A stretch of 64,000 nucleotides of DNA from Candidatus Parcubacteria bacterium (lineage in GTDB: Bacteria; Patescibacteriota; Patescibacteriia; CAIXNZ01), in assembly GCA_026395685.1 (NCBI GenBank), contig JAPLYG010000016.1, forward strand, positions 1,035-65,034, in the 5' to 3' direction. The position numbers and the translations under genes were made by a program. Position 1 is the first letter of the stretch, and each line of letters starts with the position of its first letter. Under the pieces are notes generated by a model, which was given only the letters and a program-made list of their open reading frames with translations, had not been told where the DNA came from and did not search any database. Below are positions 57,877 to 64,000 of the stretch, piece by piece.

Positions 57877-58593
57877 TTATTTTAATTTTGACTCAGCCCA
57901 AATACTGGCGCGCAATAATTCCGTATAATTATCAACATCAAACCAATCCCCTTCCAGCAATCCATAGCTAAGCTGATTATTCCGCAGATAATAGTTATTA
58001 ACATCAATCAATTCCAATTCACCTCTTAATGAAGGTTGTAGGCTGGGAATTACCTGCCAGACTTGCTTGTCATAAAAACTTAATCCCGTAACGGCCAAAT
58101 CGCTTTTTGCTGAAAACGGCCGATCTTCAAACCCGGTAATTTTCTGGTTCTCAATTTTGGCAACAGTGAATAATTCAGGCCGGCTTACGCTCTTTAATAA
58201 TATTTTGGCGCCACTGCCGTTGTTTTCATAATCGGAAACATCATTAGAGATATCAGATGCAAAAATATTATCTCCAAGTATCATGGCAATTTTTTGCTCC
58301 TGCGCAAAAGCCTGCCCCAAGCCCAAAGCCTGAGCAATGCCCCCGGCTTCTTTCTGGACACCAAATTCGAAATTTATCTCGGGGAAATAATGGGGATTTA
58401 ATAATTTTTTAAATTGCTCAATGCTTTCTTTGCCCGTAACCACCATGATCTCGCGGATGCCTGCCTTGGTTAAAGTTTCAATCGGATAATAAACCATCGG
58501 CTTATTAAAAACCGGCAGAAGATGCTTATTTATTACCGCGGTGCAAGGATACATGCGCGATCCCATGCCGCCGGCTAAAATTATTCCCTTCAT
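57877..58593 (-). CDS. Divergent glucose-1-phosphate thymidylyltransferase paralogue
   Basis: GIILAGG.GSR, KHLLPV; EKP changed to EDRP, DAGT to DVDN. Confidence 0.8.
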   Translation of the reverse strand: MKGIILAGGMGSRMYPCTAVINKHLLPVFNKPMVYYPIETLTKAGIREIMVVTGKESIEQFKKLLNPHYFPEINFEFGVQKEAGGIAQALGLGQAFAQEQKIAMILGDNIFASDISNDVSDYENNGSGAKILLKSVSRPELFTVAKIENQKITGFEDRPFSAKSDLAVTGLSFYDKQVWQVIPSLQPSLRGELELIDVNNYYLRNNQLSYGLLEGDWFDVDNYTELLRASIWAESKLK

Positions 58594-59315
58594 ATGATTA
58601 AATTTTGATGCAATTTTTCCTTGGCTAAGTTCTGCGCCCGCAGCAAACTGTCAAAAGTACCGGCATCAATCCACTCCCCCTGTACCAAAGCGACTTCTAG
58701 TTCCCCTTTTTCTAAATACCAATTATGCAAATCAACAATCTCCAGTTCATTGCGCTGGCTGGGTTTCAGATTTTTAGCAACTTCAACTACACGATGATCA
58801 TAAAGATAAAGGCCGGTAACAGCATAGTCACTTACCCACTCTTTAGGCTTCTCCACTATTTTTTCAGCTTTCATCCTGCTGTCCATTTTTACCACTCCAA
58901 ACCTTTCCGGATCTGTTACTTTTTTGGCAAAAACTTTAGCGCCGCTTTTAAAATTTTTAATATCTTCGCTAAAATCATCCTCGAAAATATTATCGCCTAA
59001 AATCATGGCCACATTTTCCTGGTCGATGAAATTTTCACCGATGATAAATGCCTCAGGCAATCCGCCCGGCTTGTCCTGGATTTCATAGGTAAATTTTACA
59101 CCGAACTCTTTACCGCTGCCCAAAAGATTAAGATAATCACCCGCTCTTTCCGGTGAGACAATTATTAAAATCTCCTTGATTCCCGCCTTGATCAAAGTAT
59201 TTAAAGGATAATAAATCATCGGCCGATTATAAATCGGTAAAAGTTGTTTGCTGGTAATTTTGGTGCAGGGACGCAGCCTGGTAGCTGCTCCGCCTGATAA
59301 GATTATTCCTCTCAT
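58590..59315 (-). CDS. rmlA: Glucose-1-phosphate thymidylyltransferase (short RmlA/SpsI type)
   Basis: SKQLLPIY, LGDNIF, VEKP, ELEI, WIDAGT. Confidence 0.88.
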   Translation of the reverse strand: MRGIILSGGAATRLRPCTKITSKQLLPIYNRPMIYYPLNTLIKAGIKEILIIVSPERAGDYLNLLGSGKEFGVKFTYEIQDKPGGLPEAFIIGENFIDQENVAMILGDNIFEDDFSEDIKNFKSGAKVFAKKVTDPERFGVVKMDSRMKAEKIVEKPKEWVSDYAVTGLYLYDHRVVEVAKNLKPSQRNELEIVDLHNWYLEKGELEVALVQGEWIDAGTFDSLLRAQNLAKEKLHQNLII

Positions 59316-59327
59316 ATTTTTTAAATT

Positions 59328-60185
59328 TTAATCATTAACCTTTAATTCTAAATATTCTCTTAAAGCCTCCTCCCAATTTTTCAAAGGAGGCAATTTACTG
59401 TTAATCAAAGCTGAGTGAGCCGGACGTTTTGCCGGTCTCAGAAATTCAGAGGATGCGCAAGGCTCTACCATAACTGCTAAATGAGCCAGTTCAAATATTT
59501 TTTGAGCAAAGTCATACCAGGAGATGCCGCCTTCTTTTGTTTCATTAGTTGCATGATAAACGCCAAAAGCTAAATTATTACTTAAAATATAAACTATTTG
59601 TTTGGCCAAATCAAGTGCGCTCGTCGGCTTGCCGAATTGATCATTTACAACCTTTATTTCCTTCTTATCTTGTCCCAATTTCAGCATGGTTTTCACGAAG
59701 TTATTGCCGTTTTTGCCGTAAAGCCATGATGTTCTGATTAAATAATATCGGTCACTGATATTCTGCAAAGTTTTTTCGCCTAAGAGTTTGGAATCACCGT
59801 AGAAATTAACCGGGCCGAACTCTTTAGAATCCTCAGCATAGCCTTTTTTATTTTGACCATTAAACACATAATCCGTAGAAATATGAACCAGCACCGCACC
59901 GCATTTTTTGGCAGTCAAAGCCAGATAGCCGACGGCCTGATTATTTACCTGCAAAGCCAGGTCTTTTTTCATCTCGCAATCATCAACTGCAGTAAAAGCC
60001 GCGCAATTAATAATTATCTCGGGCTTTAACATGGTGATTTTATCATTAACCTGATTATGATCAGCAATATCTATTTCTTCACGGTCCCACAAGGTGGGCT
60101 TTTGGTCGGCTAATAAAACTGCCAATTCCGATCCCAACATTCCCTTGGCTCCCAATATTAAAATTTTTTTATTATTCTGTCCCAT
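59328..60185 (-). CDS. rmlD: dTDP-4-dehydrorhamnose reductase
   Basis: GAKGMLG, STDYVF.G, YGDSK, RTSWLYG, RPA.S. Confidence 0.93.
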   Translation of the reverse strand: MGQNNKKILILGAKGMLGSELAVLLADQKPTLWDREEIDIADHNQVNDKITMLKPEIIINCAAFTAVDDCEMKKDLALQVNNQAVGYLALTAKKCGAVLVHISTDYVFNGQNKKGYAEDSKEFGPVNFYGDSKLLGEKTLQNISDRYYLIRTSWLYGKNGNNFVKTMLKLGQDKKEIKVVNDQFGKPTSALDLAKQIVYILSNNLAFGVYHATNETKEGGISWYDFAQKIFELAHLAVMVEPCASSEFLRPAKRPAHSALINSKLPPLKNWEEALREYLELKVND

Positions 60186-60254
60186 GCATTAAATTTAGCT
60201 CAAATAGCAAATTTCTGCAAATAAAAAACCCCAAAATGCACAAACACTTCGGGG

Positions 60255-60605
60255 CTAGTTTTCTGTTTTTTTCTGTTGCTCATAAAGCTCCAGCGTCATC
60301 TTAAGCCTTAGAGTCTGCCAAAACTCCGCAAGTTTTGGGAAATCATTTTCAGCCTTGGTAATATTCTGGTGAGCCTCCTCGGGAGTGGAGTAAAGGAAAC
60401 TGATGGTAAAAAGAATGCCATTACTCATTGGCAAATCTTGCGCTAAATCATATAGACAGGAAGTTATTCCTTGCAGGTATCCGGCATTTATTAAAGATCT
60501 AAGATAGCGATAAAGCATGCAAAACTCTTTTTCAGTAAAATGTTCATTTAAAGAACTAAGCTGCAGGGTAATTTTAGCTTTCAGTTCAGCTGTGAGCTGC
60601 ATCAT
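60255..60605 (-). CDS. Hypothetical protein (SD-led stand-alone gene)
   Basis: TTGACA-N17-TATCAT, SD AAAGGGGG, terminator downstream. Confidence 0.6.
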   Translation of the reverse strand: MMQLTAELKAKITLQLSSLNEHFTEKEFCMLYRYLRSLINAGYLQGITSCLYDLAQDLPMSNGILFTISFLYSTPEEAHQNITKAENDFPKLAEFWQTLRLKMTLELYEQQKKTEN

Positions 60606-60733
60606 GTGAAATCCCCCTTTATTAGATGTATATTTTATGATACCCTATATTTATAAGCTTGTCAATATAAGGAGTTGACAAATCTTATTTTTTATGTTAG
60701 TATATAGTATAAACCTACTAATTAGCTAAATTT

Positions 60734-61363
60734 ATGGACAATAAAAATATCCCTACTTTCGCACTTACCTCAGCTAGCACAAATATTGCTTCCCAGGCAA
60801 TTGTATTAAATTTTGATAAAATATTTTCCGATGAACAAGAAAAACACAAAGAAATTGGCAAAGAAAAAACTGGGGATTTAAGAACTTTCAAAACAACTAA
60901 AGAATTACTCCATGAATTTGAGGGACAAATGACTAGCTGGCCAATTGAAAATTTTCCCTCTTTTATTGAATTTACTAAAAAAATGATCGGGGACAAGTCA
61001 CAGGAATTGTTTATGGATGATTTTGCTTTTTCTCAACAAAAAGCCTGCCAGGCTCTGATTAAAAAAATTGAATCTTATTTCTCAAATTTACGAATCAAAA
61101 CAATGGAAAAAGGTAAAATCGTAACAAGCTTAAATACGGATAAAGTCCTACCTGAGACTTTGGCTAACTATAAAAAATATCTTATTTTGGCACTAAAAAC
61201 TACAAATGAAAGAATAGCCCTCTTTAAAAGTGAAATTGAAATGGCGCAGAACAATAATGATCCGACAAATGAAAGCAAATTTAATTATGCTTATCTTGAA
61301 GATCTTGCGACAAAATCTGATGCAGGCAACTTATTAAAAGAATTAATTCTTACTAAAACTTAA
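60734..61363 (+). CDS. Hypothetical protein
   Basis: 209-aa ORF with TTGACA-N17-TAGTAT upstream. Confidence 0.65.
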   Translation: MDNKNIPTFALTSASTNIASQAIVLNFDKIFSDEQEKHKEIGKEKTGDLRTFKTTKELLHEFEGQMTSWPIENFPSFIEFTKKMIGDKSQELFMDDFAFSQQKACQALIKKIESYFSNLRIKTMEKGKIVTSLNTDKVLPETLANYKKYLILALKTTNERIALFKSEIEMAQNNNDPTNESKFNYAYLEDLATKSDAGNLLKELILTKT

Positions 61364-61375
61364 ATTTGCTCAAAT

Positions 61376-61936
61376 ATGCCTCAATATGAAAGAGAAGATA
61401 AAGAAACTCCTCAATCCGCCTTAAAAAAAATGCTTACTTTTGAGGATCAATGGCTACCGAAAGATAGGCTAGCACAAAAAGGCAACCAACTTTTAAAACA
61501 AATAAATCGAACCCGGGACGTAAACGGTGAATTTTCGCCGGAAGCTGTCGGGAAAATTGAACGAATTATTCAGGTATTTGAAGAAAATATAGATAAAATA
61601 TATAATAGTGGAGAGGCTACCGAGCTAGTGAATCAAGACAAAATGAAACTTTATAATTTTGAAAAAGTTCGAGCCCTGTCATTTTTACCCGATGAAGCAA
61701 TCCCGGCGCTCGAAGATGAAATAAGAAAATCAAAAAATGATTTTAATAAAATGCAAGATCTGCAAGCAAATATCGGGCTGATAATGCAGTATTGGCAAAA
61801 CCAATTACGAGTCATAAATTTAAAGGAAATTCCGACAGAACAAGACAGAAGGAGAGAAGATAAACTAAAAGATAAGCTCGTTGAGCTGCAAAAATTACTT
61901 TTTAAAAATTTTCCTAAGGAATCAAAACAATCATGA
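61376..61936 (+). CDS. Hypothetical charged helical protein
   Basis: 186-aa ORF in operon. Confidence 0.65.
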   Translation: MPQYEREDKETPQSALKKMLTFEDQWLPKDRLAQKGNQLLKQINRTRDVNGEFSPEAVGKIERIIQVFEENIDKIYNSGEATELVNQDKMKLYNFEKVRALSFLPDEAIPALEDEIRKSKNDFNKMQDLQANIGLIMQYWQNQLRVINLKEIPTEQDRRREDKLKDKLVELQKLLFKNFPKESKQS

Positions 61937-62091
61937 ACTCTAAACAACAAAAACTTTTACTAATCCTAAAAAGTCTTAGATCAAAGCTGGCGCTGATCCG
62001 CCGACAGGTTCTTGCAGATAAAAAAGGGCAGGAATCCGTTGATGCGCAAAAGCAGGCAGCTGATCTGCGGGCAAAAATAAAAAATCTTTAA
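61933..62091 (+). CDS. Small basic helical protein (52 aa; not in ORF track)
   Basis: ATGA overlap with upstream stop; MNSKQQKLL...LRAKIKNL. Confidence 0.55.
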   Translation: MNSKQQKLLLILKSLRSKLALIRRQVLADKKGQESVDAQKQAADLRAKIKNL

Positions 62092-62100
62092 CCAAAAATT

Positions 62101-62199
62101 ATGACCTCAAACAAACAAAATTGCCAAAAAATCGCCAAAGTTCTCAGCAAATTCAAAACCAAACTGATGAAAATAAGAACTAAGCTACTTAATTCTTAA
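62101..62199 (+). CDS. Very small basic protein (32 aa; not in ORF track)
   Basis: MTSNKQNCQKIAKVLSKFKTKLMKIRTKLLNS fills the gap in the operon. Confidence 0.35.
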   Translation: MTSNKQNCQKIAKVLSKFKTKLMKIRTKLLNS

Positions 62200-62214
62200 A
62201 TATAATATAAATAT

Positions 62215-62676
62215 ATGAACCGACCACAAGCAGAAAAAAAGCAGGCACAGGAAACAATATTTTTAAAACCAGGTGAAGATTTTGACCAGCAACTGGCAAA
62301 ATTGCTTGGAGAATTTGAGTCTGAAACGAGAGAGACCGTTGAACTAGTTGACCCGACAAACCCAAAGCATAGAAAACAGCTGGGGGAAATTTCCTTGGCC
62401 CTTAAAGAAGCAGAAAATGAAGTGGATAAACTTGATTTTGACGAATCATTAGATGCAAGAAAAAAACTTAAGCAATTGGCAACAAAATTAAGAAAACTTC
62501 AGCAGCTACAGGCGGAAGAAGACCAACTCCAGGCACACATTGAACAAACCAATAAAAATCTCAAGAGCAGACTCAAGGGAGACCCCACAGACCCTCTACG
62601 CATAAGAAAAAGATCGTTAGAACAGCAATTACAAAAGGTAAGGGGAGCAATCAGCGAAACCCGACAGGCAATATAA
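62215..62676 (+). CDS. Hypothetical coiled-coil protein
   Basis: 153-aa heptad-rich ORF. Confidence 0.65.
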   Translation: MNRPQAEKKQAQETIFLKPGEDFDQQLAKLLGEFESETRETVELVDPTNPKHRKQLGEISLALKEAENEVDKLDFDESLDARKKLKQLATKLRKLQQLQAEEDQLQAHIEQTNKNLKSRLKGDPTDPLRIRKRSLEQQLQKVRGAISETRQAI

Positions 62677-62697
62677 ATATTAAAAAGGACGAAGTTT

Positions 62698-63183
62698 TTA
62701 CTCCGTCTTTTTTAGTATCTTGGTAATCTTTTTAATAATATTTCTGCTTTCCATGATTCTACGATGGTGATAATCAAGCAAAATAAACCAAACAGCCACT
62801 ATGATGCCGAGGGAGTCAATAAGCACGTCGCGATAAGTGCCTACCCTGCCATAAATAAAAGTCTGATGATACTCATCGGAAATCGCATATAAAAGCGTAA
62901 AAACAAAACTCCAAAATATATCCCAGTAAATATGCCTCTCTTCTGTCTGATGCAAAATCCTGAAAATCAAAAAGGTCAAAACAGCATATTCAAACATATG
63001 GGCAATCTTTCTGATTATAAAAGTGTACAAGTCAAAACCGCCTAAAAAGCCCAGGGATTGATTTGATAAATAATATATGGCCAGCATCCAGAGAATCAAA
63101 CTGACATACTTTTCATATTTCTGAAAATGACGATGATTTATCAGATTTAAAATTGCAGATTTAAAATTATTGACTATTTTCAT
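62698..63183 (-). CDS. VanZ-family membrane protein
   Basis: RKIAH..EYAVL, YAISDEYHQ.F..GR.G...DV.ID. Confidence 0.9.
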   Translation of the reverse strand: MKIVNNFKSAILNLINHRHFQKYEKYVSLILWMLAIYYLSNQSLGFLGGFDLYTFIIRKIAHMFEYAVLTFLIFRILHQTEERHIYWDIFWSFVFTLLYAISDEYHQTFIYGRVGTYRDVLIDSLGIIVAVWFILLDYHHRRIMESRNIIKKITKILKKTE

Positions 63184-63184
63184 A

Positions 63185-64000
63185 TTAGATTTTTTTATAA
63201 TTTTCTACAAAACCTTTGCCTAAAAGCGGTCGCCACCAGCTTTCATTTTTAACATACCAATCAACAACCTGATCAATGCCCGCTTCAAATTCAATTTCAG
63301 GCTGCCAACCCAGTTCTGCTCTTATTTTAGTGGTGTCTAATAAATAACGACGATCATGACCAGGACGATCCTCAACATAGACTTTTAAGGTTTCAGGTTT
63401 ATTTAAACGTCTTAAAACTGCTGCGGCAATTTCTTCAACGCTTTTTTCCACTCCGCTGCCAATATTATAAGCTTCGCCGACCTTTCCTTTCTTTATGATT
63501 AAATCAATGGCCTTGCAATGATCTAGAGTATGCAGCCATTCCCTTCTGTTCTGACTGCTCTTAAACAAAGGCAATTCCTGATCCTGCAAAGCATTAGTCA
63601 CAAATCGAGGAATTACCTTTTCAGGAAACTGATAAGGGCCGTAATTATTAGCGCAATGGCTAATTGTTATCGGGAGCTTAAAAGTATGGTAATAAGCCAT
63701 AACTTCGTGATTAGCGCCGGCTTTAGAAGCGTTATAGGGGGTTTTAGGCATGTATGGGTCTTCCTCCTTAAATGAGCGTTTTTCCTCCAATGCCAAATCT
63801 CCAAAGACCTCACAAGTAGAAATATGATGGAAACGATCAACCCCGGCGTCCTTAGCCGCCTCCAAAAGCATCTGAGTGCCCAAAACATTAGTTTTAACAA
63901 AGATATCAGGCTCAACCATAGCCCGTCCATTATGAGATTCAGCCGCAAAATTTACCACGACATTAATTTTTTCATCGTTAAACAACTTTTTATTTCGCTC
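63185..64000 (-). CDS. rmlB: dTDP-glucose 4,6-dehydratase (5' end outside window)
   Basis: FAAESH, HISTCEVFG, YNASK, NNYGPYQFPEK, DRPGHDRRY. Confidence 0.92.
   Translation of the reverse strand, partial: ERNKKLFNDEKINVVVNFAAESHNGRAMVEPDIFVKTNVLGTQMLLEAAKDAGVDRFHHISTCEVFGDLALEEKRSFKEEDPYMPKTPYNASKAGANHEVMAYYHTFKLPITISHCANNYGPYQFPEKVIPRFVTNALQDQELPLFKSSQNRREWLHTLDHCKAIDLIIKKGKVGEAYNIGSGVEKSVEEIAAAVLRRLNKPETLKVYVEDRPGHDRRYLLDTTKIRAELGWQPEIEFEAGIDQVVDWYVKNESWWRPLLGKGFVENYKKI

Noticed and set aside
287-63948. Short antisense or nested ORFs in the track (e.g. 1596+, 2885+, 21096+, 44757-45187+, 55614+)
   Set aside because: They overlap well-supported genes and have no recognisable motifs.
1-64000. 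CRISPR array, prophage, rRNA, DGR
   Set aside because: No regularly spaced repeat-spacer units, cas, phage structural, rRNA or RT sequences recognised.

Overview
AT-rich bacterial chromosome segment, most likely Patescibacteria/Parcubacteria (CPR). This is inferred from gene content, SD-less AT-rich starts and typical conserved hypotheticals. Most genes lie on the minus strand. Housekeeping content: ftsEX, rlpA-like, ftsB-like, murE, murG, ftsW, murD, mraY, thiI, an iscR-iscU-nfu-iscS cluster, rpmA, rplI, pyrG, ctpA, rmlABD-type genes, a MacAB-type ABC cluster with ECF sigma, a P-type ATPase and 5 tRNAs (Gln, Gly, Thr, Lys, fMet). Unusual items: (1) a family of 30-bp frame-preserving palindromic elements inserted in-frame in proteins, nested in each other in a duplicated tRNA-Lys end, with composite relatives beside a GIY-YIG nuclease; (2) a SET / MurL-like / double ATP-grasp / PLP-decarboxylase / nucleotidyltransferase operon next to the mur genes; (3) a class of stand-alone genes with their own promoter, often a boxA-like motif, an SD and a terminator, including a very high-GC lipoprotein; (4) two unannotated structured-RNA candidates (~50000 and ~38910); (5) a RAYT-like transposase with REPs inside the isc operon; (6) many 7/8/10-mer arrays; (7) a DEAD-box helicase lacking motif VI. 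All calls were made by eye; no searches were run.
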